From contig CANMXU010000015.1 of NCBI GenBank assembly GCA_947501935.1, forward strand, positions 33,872 to 97,871: a DNA stretch of 64,000 nucleotides. Direction: 5' to 3'. The translations under genes and the position numbers were made by a program. Positions 1 to 11,984 of the stretch are shown in pieces. Under the pieces are notes generated by a model, which worked only from the letters and a program-made list of their open reading frames with translations, made no database searches and had not been told where the DNA came from. Numbering within the stretch: position 1 is the first letter of the stretch; each line of letters starts with the position of its first letter. The DNA comes from an uncultured Alteromonadaceae bacterium (GTDB lineage: Bacteria; Pseudomonadota; Gammaproteobacteria; Enterobacterales; Alteromonadaceae).

Positions 1-27
1 CTTTAAGTTGAGCTTACCTAGCCTACA

Positions 28-1659
28 TTATGGTTGAGCTGATGAATAATCAGGCAAGCCAACTAGCTGACAATTGTTTTTTTCAATTAACGACAGTATG
101 TCTAAATTCAGTTGGTTCATGGTTTGCAAATATTGCTCAAATTCTGTGGTTTCCACGTACGATAAAATATCTAATGCTAAACCGTGAGCGGTGAAGGCTT
201 TAAAATGTGCCCTTAGTGGCTGCTCAGCCACTTGCGGATGCGCGCTCAGTAGTGCTCTAATGTCAGTTAATAATGCGTCAATATCATCTTTTTTACATTG
301 GCTACTCAGTAATAATTTTGGTCGATATGCAATGCGTTCGCGCTCAGAATAATTCTCTATTTGCATATCAATAAATTGCGCATTGGCAATATATACTACG
401 GTGCGGTCAAGTGTTCTGATGCGTGTTGCCCTTAAGCCTATTTCTTCAACAATGCCTAGTTGCTCGCCAAAACGACAAAAGTTGCCAATTTTCACCGGCG
501 CCGAGGTATATAAGGTAATGGCACCGATAATATTTTCTACGGTTTTTTGTGCCGCCAAGGCAATCGCTAAACCACCAATACCTAAGCCAGCTAGCAAGGT
601 AGTGGCATTAAAACCTAAGTTTTCAAACCAAATTAAAATAGCTAATAATATGATTAATGACTTAACTACTGTTCCTGCTGGTCGCAGTAAATAAACCGCT
701 AGCGGTTTACCTTGTTCAACAAAACGCTCTGACAGCTTTAACTTAGTCAAGTCAATAAAGCTAAAGATCACCCAGATCCACGCTAACGTTAATATGGTAT
801 TGCCTTCGGCGACGGCTCGAACCGCTAAAGTCACATTTGCTTTAGCGAATAAATTTCTCGCCAATATAACCGCTAATAGCAACGCTATGGGGTTTTCAAT
901 AAACCCTTGTGTGCTTTTTGACAGCATAGGATTAAAATGTTTTAGCGTTTTACTAATCAACCAAGTGATAATTTTAGCGACAATAAAATAAAACAATAAC
1001 AACAGTAAAAAATATAGCCACTGCCACAACATAACCCCGAGAAAATCGACCGAAGGTATGTTCTTCGCCAACCATTCACCAAAAGGCGTATAAGCAAATT
1101 CTTGTGATAGCGCTGGAATTTTCGCCACGGTAGCGTTAGATATTTTCCAAATTTTTACTTGGTCATTTTTACGAGGTACGCGTTGTAAGTACACTGCTGT
1201 TTTACCCAAACTTCCTTCTATAGTACCTAGTAAGTCACGGTAATTTGGCAAGGCCTCATTTACATCACCTAATGGCTCAGCACTTAAGTTTTCTAAATCA
1301 ATCCATAACGTTCTGTTTAAAACGACATAAAGTTGTTTGGCTAGCTCAACTTTACCTACCGCTAAAGTACTTGTTTTAAGGTTACGGTAGTCAAGGTACT
1401 GGCTGGCCAATTCAAAGTCATTATTTTGCGCAGCAAGTAAAAAGCCATGCATGGTTGCACGGGGAGTAATTCGATTATATAAATCTTTAGGAATTGAGCC
1501 TTTATCAGTACTTGTTACCGCCGCTAGCAAGGGTTGTGCGTGTTGTTCGCCTTTTGCTAAAATTTCTTTAACCGATACGTCATGCTCAACTTGCCCATAA
1601 GCAAGAAAAGTACAAATGCATAACCATAGGGCCACACTTAACCTCATTAAAACCTTCAT
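28..1659 (-). CDS. Mechanosensitive ion channel family protein (MscS-type with long N-terminal periplasmic extension)
   Basis: 543-aa ORF with signal peptide (MKVLMRLSVALWLCICTFLAYGQ) and several hydrophobic helices. MscS-like pore/beta-domain stretch GLGIGGLAIALAAQKTVENIIGAITLY...VKIGNFCRFGEQLGIVEEIGLRATRIRTLDRTVVYIANAQF. Confidence 0.85.
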   Translation of the reverse strand: MKVLMRLSVALWLCICTFLAYGQVEHDVSVKEILAKGEQHAQPLLAAVTSTDKGSIPKDLYNRITPRATMHGFLLAAQNNDFELASQYLDYRNLKTSTLAVGKVELAKQLYVVLNRTLWIDLENLSAEPLGDVNEALPNYRDLLGTIEGSLGKTAVYLQRVPRKNDQVKIWKISNATVAKIPALSQEFAYTPFGEWLAKNIPSVDFLGVMLWQWLYFLLLLLFYFIVAKIITWLISKTLKHFNPMLSKSTQGFIENPIALLLAVILARNLFAKANVTLAVRAVAEGNTILTLAWIWVIFSFIDLTKLKLSERFVEQGKPLAVYLLRPAGTVVKSLIILLAILIWFENLGFNATTLLAGLGIGGLAIALAAQKTVENIIGAITLYTSAPVKIGNFCRFGEQLGIVEEIGLRATRIRTLDRTVVYIANAQFIDMQIENYSERERIAYRPKLLLSSQCKKDDIDALLTDIRALLSAHPQVAEQPLRAHFKAFTAHGLALDILSYVETTEFEQYLQTMNQLNLDILSLIEKNNCQLVGLPDYSSAQP

Positions 1660-1837
1660 AGCTATTCCGTAGTTTCAGTAACTTGGTGACACTAAAGCGA
1701 GTTCTTCAGCGACTTATGCCTTGGCATAGTAAACCATTTATTTATCAAAATGCTAGCAAGGGTTGCTTAAACAATTAAAAGGAGAGTTATCAGCGATAAA
1801 TTTAATGAAAAGTTTTGAATATGCAAAATGGAGGCAA

Positions 1838-1861
1838 TAAAAAAGGCCGCAATAGCGACCT
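1838..1861 (-). terminator. Rho-independent terminator downstream of the DUF3016-like gene
   Basis: On the minus strand, AGGTCGC-TATT-GCGGCCT stem-loop followed by TTTTTT. Confidence 0.5.
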
Positions 1862-1886
1862 TTCAATGAATAACAACTAGCGTGAA

Positions 1887-2393
1887 TTACTTCTTAACAA
1901 TTTGCGCTTTAAAGGTTTTGTTAAACCAGTCGTCTAACATTTTTTTCTCGTAACCTAAGGTGTCATTTCTATAACGCATCAATGAACCTTGTAAAAAGCC
2001 CATGTCTTTTAAGTTAAGCGCATCTTCTGTGGCAACACTGCCATCAGCATTTACTAACTTATAAGAGAACTCAATACGCGGATGATAAATATCTTTAACA
2101 ATACGTATTTCATTCATTGTGCCAATACGAACATCGCCAGCTAAGTCAACGTCGGTTACATCAATAACTAATTTTTGGCTTTCAGGCAGTTTAGCTGCTA
2201 ATTTGGCAAAGTGCTCTTCTAACTCTTCAAACACATGTGCTTGGAATTTTTTGCGCGTACTGGTATTGCCTGGTCGCATGTCGCGATAATCATCAGGGTT
2301 GGTCCAAGTTACTTCGCTTTCTGCTGCCATGGTCATCGGAGCTACGCTCAAAAATGACAATGCTGAGACTAAAACTATCAATAATTTTTTCAT
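1887..2393 (-). CDS. Secreted DUF3016-like protein
   Basis: 168-aa ORF with signal peptide (MKKLLIVLVSALSFLSVAPMTMAAE). The DVTDVDLAGDVR...IRIVKDIYHPRIEFSYKL pattern matches my memory of DUF3016. Family call not verified. Confidence 0.65.
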   Translation of the reverse strand: MKKLLIVLVSALSFLSVAPMTMAAESEVTWTNPDDYRDMRPGNTSTRKKFQAHVFEELEEHFAKLAAKLPESQKLVIDVTDVDLAGDVRIGTMNEIRIVKDIYHPRIEFSYKLVNADGSVATEDALNLKDMGFLQGSLMRYRNDTLGYEKKMLDDWFNKTFKAQIVKK

Positions 2394-2463
2394 TTCATCT
2401 ACCTCTCAATTATTTCTAACTCTCATTACAGCAGAGTTATGTAAACAAGACCGTGAAAAGTTG

Positions 2464-3027
2464 TTACAACTTCGTATAAAATTGTAACAGCAACTTGTGC
2501 ACAATTTTATTCGCTCGGTTGTGGCGTTCTTGTTCTGAGAATTCTTCTTGCACGTAACCTTGCACCGCGCCTCGCCACACCATTGAAGAAGAGTCAGCAT
2601 CTTCAATAAAAATTAAGAAGCTGCCTTTGTCCATGTTTTCTACAGATTGTAAGCCCGGCGAAATACCAAATTTATCACTAATTTTGGTGTCTTTTAAGTC
2701 GTCATCAAGGGCAACACCAAAACCAACATAAAATTGCGCCGGTGTATTATGGTCAGCCAAGACATAGCCCTGTGATTGCAGGCTGCTAACGATAGCCGAA
2801 GTATAAGTATTGTATATATTTTTAACTTGTTCAGCTTTAAACGAAACATGCTTTAAGTATTTAGGTGAAAGCGCAAAAGTACTGCCCGCAGGATACTGAG
2901 TAGGTAAATCTCGAACGCTAGATATCGCCACTTGTTTTTTACTAGTAGGTCGTTCTTGCGGCACTTGCACACATGCCGATAAAACCACAGCTAATAATAT
3001 CGTTAAAAATTTAAACCTGTATTTCAT
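2464..3027 (-). CDS. Lipoprotein (DUF4136-like)
   Basis: 187-aa ORF with lipobox LSAC after a hydrophobic leader (MKYRFKFLTILLAVVLSAC). Family assignment is tentative. Confidence 0.65.
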   Translation of the reverse strand: MKYRFKFLTILLAVVLSACVQVPQERPTSKKQVAISSVRDLPTQYPAGSTFALSPKYLKHVSFKAEQVKNIYNTYTSAIVSSLQSQGYVLADHNTPAQFYVGFGVALDDDLKDTKISDKFGISPGLQSVENMDKGSFLIFIEDADSSSMVWRGAVQGYVQEEFSEQERHNRANKIVHKLLLQFYTKL

Positions 3028-3133
3028 TCATGATCCTAGAAATAAGTTAATATCGCTTTAATAGTGCAATACCAATGGCCATTAGTATACAAAAAGTCAC
3101 AGTTTAAATTGCAACAAGTTGTATACCTGTGAA

Positions 3134-6100
3134 TTAAAGCAACATCTGCCTAATAGTACGTTTTAATGCTAAGGCTTTTACTGGTTTACGTAAAAACAAA
3201 AAGTTCGCGTCGCTAGTATGTTGACGCACTTGTTCAGATGGGTCAGCAGAGCAAATAACGCACGGCACTTGCCAGTTATATTTGCTGAGTGTTTGTTCAA
3301 TTACATCTACACCATTGCAGTTGTTGTCTAGGTGGTAGTCAGCAACAATAAAGGCCGGCTGCTTGTTTAGTTTAGCTAATTTTGCCAACTCGGCTGTTAC
3401 GCTAGTTTGATCTTTAGCGGTGAGTACTTCAAAACCCCAATCTAACAATTGTGACGAAATAGCCGTAAGCATTAAGGCGTCGTTATCTAGCACTAATACT
3501 GACAAGCCAATAAAGTTATCTGTTGTTGGGGTTGAATTAGCATCAAAGCTAGTTTCAACGCTATTTATTAGGTTGGCGGTATGTTTATGCACCCGTGGTA
3601 CATCAATCATAAAGCCTGTACCTTTGCCTTCCACTGATGTAAGTGAAATAGTTAGCCCTAATAAGCTGGCCATACGCTCAGAAATTGCCAAACCTAAGCC
3701 TAAGCCCGGTACTTCGCGGTTTTGCTCTAAACGTTCAAATTCTTGGAAAATGCTTTGCTGTTTATCGACAGGAATACCGGGACCGTTGTCCCACACCTCA
3801 ATGCGAACACAGTCTTTTTTCAGGCGCACACCAAGTAAAATTTTGCTTTGGCGAAGTGATTGGTTATTAGGTTTATCATTACTTTTTTCTTGTTGCTTAG
3901 CAGCAGGGCAATAGTGCACCGCATTGGATAAGAAGTTTTGTAGAATACGGCGCAGCATGCGTTTGTCAGAGCGAACATGGCAACTACTATCAACCGAATG
4001 AAAGGCAATAAGGTCTTGCGCGGCAAGCACGGTAAATTCATTGCTTAGCGGCGTTAATAGTTCTTCAATGGCAAATTCACTAATATCGAGTTTTTGCGAA
4101 CCACTGTCTAAGCGTGAGATTTCGACAAGATCAGACAGTAACGCTTCAACCACATTTAACGAGTCGTCGATATGGTTGGCTAAATCACTAAGCTCTTGCG
4201 TTGCAACTTTCTTTTTCAGCATCGAAGTAAATAACGACAAAGCATTAAAAGGCTGCATTAAGTCGTGACTGGCCGCTGCTAAAAATCGAGTTTTACTGCT
4301 ATTAGCTGCTTCAGCTTCCGCCTTAGCATGGAGTAATTCTTGAGTGCGTTGCTCAACTCGTTTCTCTAAACTTTCATTGGCTTTTTTCAGCGCTTTTTTC
4401 GCTTCTATATGTTCGGTAATATCAGAAAAAGTACTAACAAAACCACCACCAGGCATTGGCTGACCACGAATTTCCAGTACGACACCATTTGGCATCATGC
4501 GCTGAAAATGATGGCTATTACCTTGGCGCATATGCTCAAGCCGACGTTCAACTAGATGTGAAGCTTCATCTCCGGTGATCACGCCTTTTTTAATATTAAA
4601 GCGAATTAATTCTTCAATTGGAGTGCCAGCGGTAACTAATCCTTCAGGATAATCAAGCAACTGAATATAGCGCTGATTCCACGCAACAATGCGCATGTCG
4701 GCATCAATGACACAAATACCCTGTTCGATGTTCTCAACGCCTGATTGCAACAGCTCACGGTTAAAGCGAAACATTTGGTTGGCTTCATCAACAATACTAA
4801 CGACATCTTCAAACGGCATTTTTTGTGAGGTTGCCGCCGCTTTCATTACCATACGGGTAGACGCTGAGCCTAATACACCAGAAAGCTGTAAACGAGTAAA
4901 TTCAATAAGCTGCTCATTTTTGCTTTCTTGAAGATTAATTGAATTTTTCGCCTGTGCCAGTAAATTATCAGCCGCACTTTGGTCAACAAACCTGAGCAGT
5001 AAATTATATAAATCGTCTATAGAAAGGTGGCGTTCAAACTGACGTTGGCTTTTATTAACAAATAATTCGGCTTGCAGCTTTTCACCAACCGTGCGTTTGC
5101 CAGCAAGCGAAATACCAACATAACAAAGCAAGTTAGCGAATAAGCTAAAAAATACCCCGTGGCTTATTTCGTCTAAAAAAGTAATGCCAAATAACGCGGT
5201 TGGTTTTAACCACGCAAGGTTAAATAAACCTGTTTCTAGCCAAAGTAAATCTGGCATGGTCACCGGTAATATTACCGGTAGCAGTAAGGTATAAAACCAC
5301 ACTACGCTGCCAACAATTAAACCAATAAACGCACCTTGGGTTGTCGCTTGTCGCCAATACAAGGCGCCAATGGTTGCTGGGGCAAATTGCGCTAATAAAA
5401 CAAATGATAATAAGCCAATGCTGGCTAAGTGATTTTGCTGGTCAATAATGCGTTCAAAGACAAACGCCAGCAGTAAAATAGCGGCAATGGACAAGCGTCT
5501 TAAAGTAAAAAACAGTCCTGATAATTGCTGCGTTTTTTTCGAATTAAATAAACGGAACTTTAATACCAGTGGCGTTAATATTTCGGTAGAGATCATGGTG
5601 CTAAGCACAATAGCGGCAACAATTACCATGCTAGTTGCGGCAGCTAAACCGCCAATATATACAACAATACCTAGCCAAGCCTGTTGAAAAAACAGCGGTA
5701 TGGTTAATACATAAGTGTCGGCGTCGACACTGCCGCCGGGAAAGGTTAATTGTCCGGCAATGGCTATAGGCAATACAAAAGCATTAATCAGCAATAAATA
5801 CACTGGGTATAACCAACGGGCGGTTTTTAGCTCTTGCTGATGGTGATTTTCTATCATCATCATGTGAAATTGCTGCGGCAGAATAAATACCGTTATCGCG
5901 CCTAATATCGCCTGAGCAAGCGATAAGTAAATGGTGTTATTGCCAGTTAAGGTTCCGGTGAAATTATCCGCGTTATTATTCGCTGGGGAAGCAATACTCT
6001 GCTGCTGGGCGAATAAATCACTAAAGCCGTCAAATATAAAAAAGGTCGCAAAAATACCAACGGCAGTTAAGGCAAATAACTTCACTATTGAGCTAAAGGC

Positions 6101-6694
6101 AATAGCGAGTACTAAGCCTTGGTTTTGTTTGTTCGCTGCAATTTGTCGGGTACCAAATAAAATACTAAAAACAATTAGCACCACCGTTACCACAAACGCG
6201 GTGCTAATGCCTGACTGATAGGTGCCGGTAAGTAGATCAAAACTGGTACTAATAGCTCTTAATTGCAAAGCAACATAAGGAATGGTGCCAATAAGCGCAA
6301 TTAAAGCAACGGTAGCAGCAATTTTAGGGGAGCGGTCGTAACGAAAAGCAATAAAGTCGGCAATAGAGGTTAAGTTTTGCTGCTTAATAATATGCAACGC
6401 TTTCACCAACATTGGCCAAGCTAATACGATGCATAAAATGGTGCCAATATAAATCGGCGCTAGCCATGCACCAGTGGTTGCCGCTTGCCCTACTGTGCCG
6501 TAAAACGCCCATGAACTACAACTAACCCCAAGCGATAAGCTATATACCCAAGGTTTGCAGCGCCAGTTGCTAACCGACTGATTTTGCCCCCAATAAGCCA
6601 CTACAAATAATAACGCTAAATAGGCGATAGAAAGAAAGGTTATCAACCAAGTATCAAGAGAAAGCCAAACTAACAAGCGGTGTCCTTTAAGCAC
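3134..6694 (-). CDS. Hybrid sensor histidine kinase with N-terminal sodium:solute symporter (SSF) domain, PAS, HisKA, HATPase_c and receiver (CrbS/MxtR-like)
   Basis: 1186-aa ORF with GTG start. About 13 TM helices of SSF type come first, then PAS (CVIDADMRIVAWNQRY), H-box (FLAAASHDLMQPFNAL), G-boxes (VWDNGPGIP, GLGLGLAI) and a C-terminal REC (VLVLDND...ADYHLD). Confidence 0.9.
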   Translation of the reverse strand: MLKGHRLLVWLSLDTWLITFLSIAYLALLFVVAYWGQNQSVSNWRCKPWVYSLSLGVSCSSWAFYGTVGQAATTGAWLAPIYIGTILCIVLAWPMLVKALHIIKQQNLTSIADFIAFRYDRSPKIAATVALIALIGTIPYVALQLRAISTSFDLLTGTYQSGISTAFVVTVVLIVFSILFGTRQIAANKQNQGLVLAIAFSSIVKLFALTAVGIFATFFIFDGFSDLFAQQQSIASPANNNADNFTGTLTGNNTIYLSLAQAILGAITVFILPQQFHMMMIENHHQQELKTARWLYPVYLLLINAFVLPIAIAGQLTFPGGSVDADTYVLTIPLFFQQAWLGIVVYIGGLAAATSMVIVAAIVLSTMISTEILTPLVLKFRLFNSKKTQQLSGLFFTLRRLSIAAILLLAFVFERIIDQQNHLASIGLLSFVLLAQFAPATIGALYWRQATTQGAFIGLIVGSVVWFYTLLLPVILPVTMPDLLWLETGLFNLAWLKPTALFGITFLDEISHGVFFSLFANLLCYVGISLAGKRTVGEKLQAELFVNKSQRQFERHLSIDDLYNLLLRFVDQSAADNLLAQAKNSINLQESKNEQLIEFTRLQLSGVLGSASTRMVMKAAATSQKMPFEDVVSIVDEANQMFRFNRELLQSGVENIEQGICVIDADMRIVAWNQRYIQLLDYPEGLVTAGTPIEELIRFNIKKGVITGDEASHLVERRLEHMRQGNSHHFQRMMPNGVVLEIRGQPMPGGGFVSTFSDITEHIEAKKALKKANESLEKRVEQRTQELLHAKAEAEAANSSKTRFLAAASHDLMQPFNALSLFTSMLKKKVATQELSDLANHIDDSLNVVEALLSDLVEISRLDSGSQKLDISEFAIEELLTPLSNEFTVLAAQDLIAFHSVDSSCHVRSDKRMLRRILQNFLSNAVHYCPAAKQQEKSNDKPNNQSLRQSKILLGVRLKKDCVRIEVWDNGPGIPVDKQQSIFQEFERLEQNREVPGLGLGLAISERMASLLGLTISLTSVEGKGTGFMIDVPRVHKHTANLINSVETSFDANSTPTTDNFIGLSVLVLDNDALMLTAISSQLLDWGFEVLTAKDQTSVTAELAKLAKLNKQPAFIVADYHLDNNCNGVDVIEQTLSKYNWQVPCVICSADPSEQVRQHTSDANFLFLRKPVKALALKRTIRQMLL

Positions 6695-6842
6695 TTAGTT
6701 ACTTAAATAGTAAGTGCTTGGTGATTAAAACCTTAGCTTATCATCTGGGTTAATCCAGAGTAGTGAACTAAGGTAGTAGTTATTTGCGCAAGGGCTTACG
6801 GTAATCTATCTACTGCCTTTTTCCAAGATTAGATAATAAAAT

Positions 6843-8039
6843 ATGAGAATAAAGAACAAATACTTGGTCGAAACTTTAGTCTTTCTTAGCTATGTATTAT
6901 TTGCTATGGCTTGGGTTGGCGGTACGGCAAGTATGCAGCAAATTATGCTGTCGATGAATGTTGAAAGCCTAGCCTCCGCAAGCTTTATCAGTGGTGCGGT
7001 TACTTTAGCAAAAATCGTCGGTACATTTATTGCCGCTTGGGTGGCGATTAAGTTAGGTATTAAATACGCATTCTTTTTCTCGAGCGTATTAATTGTTATT
7101 GGTTTGTTAACCCCCCTCGCCCCTAATTATGAATTATTGCTGCTGAGCCGATTTTTAATGGGTTTAGGTGGCGCCTTTATGATTGTCTATTTTAACCCGA
7201 TAGTAATGCACTGGTTTGACGCCAGCGAGCGACCTATTATCAACGGTTTAAATGCAGTAGCATTTAACGTTGGCACCGCGATTATTTTATGGTTTATGCC
7301 AAGCATTAATGCAGTAACCGGAAGTTGGAAAAACAGCTTATTGTTATTCTCGCTCGCCAGCTTATTAATTGCCCTTGCGTGGTTATTAGTTAAATTCTCC
7401 CCCTCATCAACAACTACCGACAACTCTACTGATATTCCTGAAAACTACTCCTATATGGACGGCTTAAAAGACAAATTTAACTGGGCGTATGGCCTTACCT
7501 ATTCAGGACTATTAGCCTTTTATATTTGCCTTTTTACCTTCTACCCAAAGGCAGGTATTAGCCAAAGTAAGTGGGTGATTGGCTTTGGTATTATCGGCAC
7601 TTTAGCCGGCATTATTTACAGTAAAAAAATGCCGCTGCGTTTACCCGTTATTCGCTGGTCTGGCTTGATTATGATAATAACAATAGCCGGGCTTTCTTTT
7701 AGCCAATTACAATGGCTACAAACCTTATCGGCAATGTTATTAGGCTTTTTTATATTCTTCCCGATCACCGCTTTAGTATCCCTGCCGCACGAATTACCTA
7801 AGATGACCGGGCAAAAAGTAACCGTGGTTTTCAGCCTGTTTTATTCAATCAGTTATTTAATTTCAACTGTGATTTTATGGGTATTTGGCACGCTGGTTGA
7901 CAGTAATAATGGTGATTACACCGCTGCGTTAATATTAATTACCCTGCTCAGTTCAAGCTTTTTCATCGGCAGCTTTTTCTTACCTGAAACCGGTAAAGCA
8001 ATAAAAACAAAAGGACTTAAATCATGCGCGGAACAGTAA
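6843..8039 (+). CDS. MFS transporter
   Basis: 398-aa ORF with about 12 hydrophobic helices in a 6+6 layout and a central loop. Confidence 0.85.
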   Translation: MRIKNKYLVETLVFLSYVLFAMAWVGGTASMQQIMLSMNVESLASASFISGAVTLAKIVGTFIAAWVAIKLGIKYAFFFSSVLIVIGLLTPLAPNYELLLLSRFLMGLGGAFMIVYFNPIVMHWFDASERPIINGLNAVAFNVGTAIILWFMPSINAVTGSWKNSLLLFSLASLLIALAWLLVKFSPSSTTTDNSTDIPENYSYMDGLKDKFNWAYGLTYSGLLAFYICLFTFYPKAGISQSKWVIGFGIIGTLAGIIYSKKMPLRLPVIRWSGLIMIITIAGLSFSQLQWLQTLSAMLLGFFIFFPITALVSLPHELPKMTGQKVTVVFSLFYSISYLISTVILWVFGTLVDSNNGDYTAALILITLLSSSFFIGSFFLPETGKAIKTKGLKSCAEQ

Positions 8040-8974
8040 GCGAAAAACTCAGCGGTTTTCTAGAGCAGGTTAATATTGCCGCCGAAGAAGCAAGACAAAA
8101 TAACATTGCCTACATACCTGAAGTAGTCCGCGGAAATTTAGATAAATTAGCGGCATTTATTCCACAAGGGCCTGAGCTAGCTTTTGTTGAAGATAGAGTA
8201 TTCAAAGCTGCAACACATAATATTTCAGCGCGAGTTTATAGCCCAGTTCAGGCAACGGAAAACTCAGTCAGTAATGCTAAAAAATTGCCGGTGTTACTGC
8301 ACTTTCATGGTGGCGGGCATATGTGTGGTAGTGTTGACTTATACGACCCAATTAGCCGAAAACTTGCTGTGCAAGGGCACTGTATTGTAATTTGTGTGGA
8401 ATATAGACTAGCACCAGAATATCCTTATCCGGCAGGTCTTGATGACTGTGAATATGCGCTAATAAACTATAAAGAAATACTTACGGGGTTAAACTTTAAC
8501 GAGCAAGTTTATATACTTGGTGACAGTGCTGGTGGCGCAATTTGCACTTCACTTTCAATGCGCGCAGCGCATAATTCAGCCATAAAAATTGATAAGCAAA
8601 TTCTGGTTTACCCAAGTGTCGACTACAGCATGCGCTTGCCGTCTATTGACGAAAATGGCGATCGTTTTTTATTAGAGAAACCGCGTATTATTTGGTATTT
8701 TGAAAATTACTTTCAAAGCAACGAATCGCGCATTGAAGTATCACCACTTTATAATATGCACAAAAATATTGCGCCGAGTTTAGTGATAACCGCAGGCTGT
8801 GACCCATTACGTGATGAAGGTTTAGCCTATGTGGAAGCGTTAGAGCAATCAGGCAATAAGGTTGAACATCATCATTTTTCAGGGATGATCCACGCTTATA
8901 TGTTATTAGAAAGCATGGTTGAAAGTGAGTGTGCACAAACTTATCAATACATAACTAACTTTATTAAAGCCTAA
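8024..8974 (+). CDS. Alpha/beta hydrolase, hormone-sensitive-lipase-type esterase
   Basis: 316-aa ORF with oxyanion HGGG (HFHGGGH), nucleophile elbow GDSAGG, DPLRDEG and C-terminal His (GMIHAY). Overlaps the MFS gene by 16 nt. Confidence 0.9.
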   Translation: MRGTVSEKLSGFLEQVNIAAEEARQNNIAYIPEVVRGNLDKLAAFIPQGPELAFVEDRVFKAATHNISARVYSPVQATENSVSNAKKLPVLLHFHGGGHMCGSVDLYDPISRKLAVQGHCIVICVEYRLAPEYPYPAGLDDCEYALINYKEILTGLNFNEQVYILGDSAGGAICTSLSMRAAHNSAIKIDKQILVYPSVDYSMRLPSIDENGDRFLLEKPRIIWYFENYFQSNESRIEVSPLYNMHKNIAPSLVITAGCDPLRDEGLAYVEALEQSGNKVEHHHFSGMIHAYMLLESMVESECAQTYQYITNFIKA

Positions 8975-9009
8975 ATCTGCTCAAGGTTTAAGCTCTAATA
9001 GTTAAACAC

Positions 9010-9513
9010 TTAAGCCTGTTTTTTTTGTATAAATTGCTGCTGCGTACTTTTACCCAGCGCTGTAATCGACCAAATTTCACCATTGGTACCTTCACCATTT
9101 TTGGTAAAACCTTTTGCCATTAACGCATGCAGATAGGCTCCCGTTTGAGTTTTGGTTATACCTGTTTCTGCTGAGATGGTATTAGCGTAACGCCAAGTAT
9201 AGTTTTGCTCTTGTAGACAAACCAGTATGCAATTTTCGTCATGAGTTAAGCTGGGCTGAGCTTTAGCCTGTGCTTTTTGTTGCGGTGTTGGCTCTGTCTG
9301 ATTTTCGAGCATGGTGTGCATCATGTTCATTTCAGCTTCAAAACCAGCCCCTTTAAACTTTGATATTTTGTCGATATTAGCAAATGCTAGACCAATAGCT
9401 CCCGCTAAAATAGCCAAGCCCATTTCAGCCGCCAACGACATAAAACCATAAATACTGCTGATAACCAGCAAAACAATAAAAGACGATATTTGGAATGATA
9501 ATTTAAATGACAA
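9010..9513 (-). CDS. Hypothetical membrane-anchored protein with C-terminal winged-helix-like domain
   Basis: 167-aa ORF with TTG start. Two N-terminal hydrophobic helices, a Q/A-rich linker, and a C-terminal ~65 aa resembling wHTH (ISAETGITKTQTGAYLHALMAKGF). Start is uncertain; an internal ATG at codon 25 is possible. Confidence 0.55.
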   Translation of the reverse strand: MSFKLSFQISSFIVLLVISSIYGFMSLAAEMGLAILAGAIGLAFANIDKISKFKGAGFEAEMNMMHTMLENQTEPTPQQKAQAKAQPSLTHDENCILVCLQEQNYTWRYANTISAETGITKTQTGAYLHALMAKGFTKNGEGTNGEIWSITALGKSTQQQFIQKKQA

Positions 9514-9643
9514 CTTGATAATAAGCTCCTATACAGTAACAACGTTCCAAATAGGAGCATAGTCAGCAACCTACATATTTATTAAACAATGTACCCGAAG
9601 TAGCTTGTTTTTCAAATAATTAAAAGAGTTAAGTTATAAAAAC

Positions 9644-9666
9644 AAAAAAGCTCACCGAAGTGAGCT
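9644..9666 (-). terminator. Rho-independent terminator downstream of groEL
   Basis: AGCTCAC-CGAA-GTGAGCT hairpin flanked by an A-run and a T-run. Confidence 0.6.
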
Positions 9667-9806
9667 TTTAAAGATAGTGCGAGAAATGATGAACTCATTC
9701 ATGCGCAGGGTAAACTGATTATGACAAGGTGTTATGAACGACGCATAGTCATTTCTTATGCGAGTGAAATAACAACGCAGTAAGAATCAATTTAAGCCAG
9801 CATAAA

Positions 9807-11480
<1,674 letters not shown>

Positions 11481-11593
11481 TCACCGCTTAATAAGCAATG
11501 AACTAATAATGTATGGTCTTAAATGAAATATGTTTTCGTTTAAGTGCTTCGAATGTCACTATTGAAACTAAATAGCGACATGAAATTTTGTGC

Positions 11594-11884
11594 CTATTCT
11601 ACGATGGCTAAAATGTCTGACTCTGACAAAATTAGCACTTCTTCACCGTCAAGCTTTTCTGTTTTTGCGCCGTAACCTTCACTGAAAATGACCTGGTCGC
11701 CTACTTTCACGTCTAATGCGCGAACTTCACCGCTTTCTAAAATACGGCCGTTACCAACGGCAACCACTTCACCACGAGTTGATTTTTCAGCTGCGCTACC
11801 CGTTAAAACAATACCGCCAGCAGATTTAGTTTCTACTTCTTTACGCTTGATGATTACGCGATCGTGTAATGGACGAATGCTCAT
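11594..11884 (-). CDS. groES: Co-chaperonin GroES
   Basis: 96 aa, [14 protein letters not shown]...GGIVL, directly upstream of groEL. Confidence 0.99.
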   Translation of the reverse strand: MSIRPLHDRVIIKRKEVETKSAGGIVLTGSAAEKSTRGEVVAVGNGRILESGEVRALDVKVGDQVIFSEGYGAKTEKLDGEEVLILSESDILAIVE

Positions 11885-11940
11885 TTATTTTCTCTCCTGA
11901 GATGGTTTACAAAATATGGTTTATAATTTAGTTGTTTCAA

Positions 11941-11968
11941 AGATGGGGCCTATTTAAAACTTCACAAG
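11941..11968 (-). promoter_or_regulatory. Candidate sigma-32 heat-shock promoter of groESL
   Basis: Minus strand reads CTTGTGA-N13-CCCCATCT about 55 nt upstream of groES. This resembles the CTTGAAA/CCCCATnT consensus. Confidence 0.55.
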
Positions 11969-11984
11969 CCCTTGACTCTATTTT

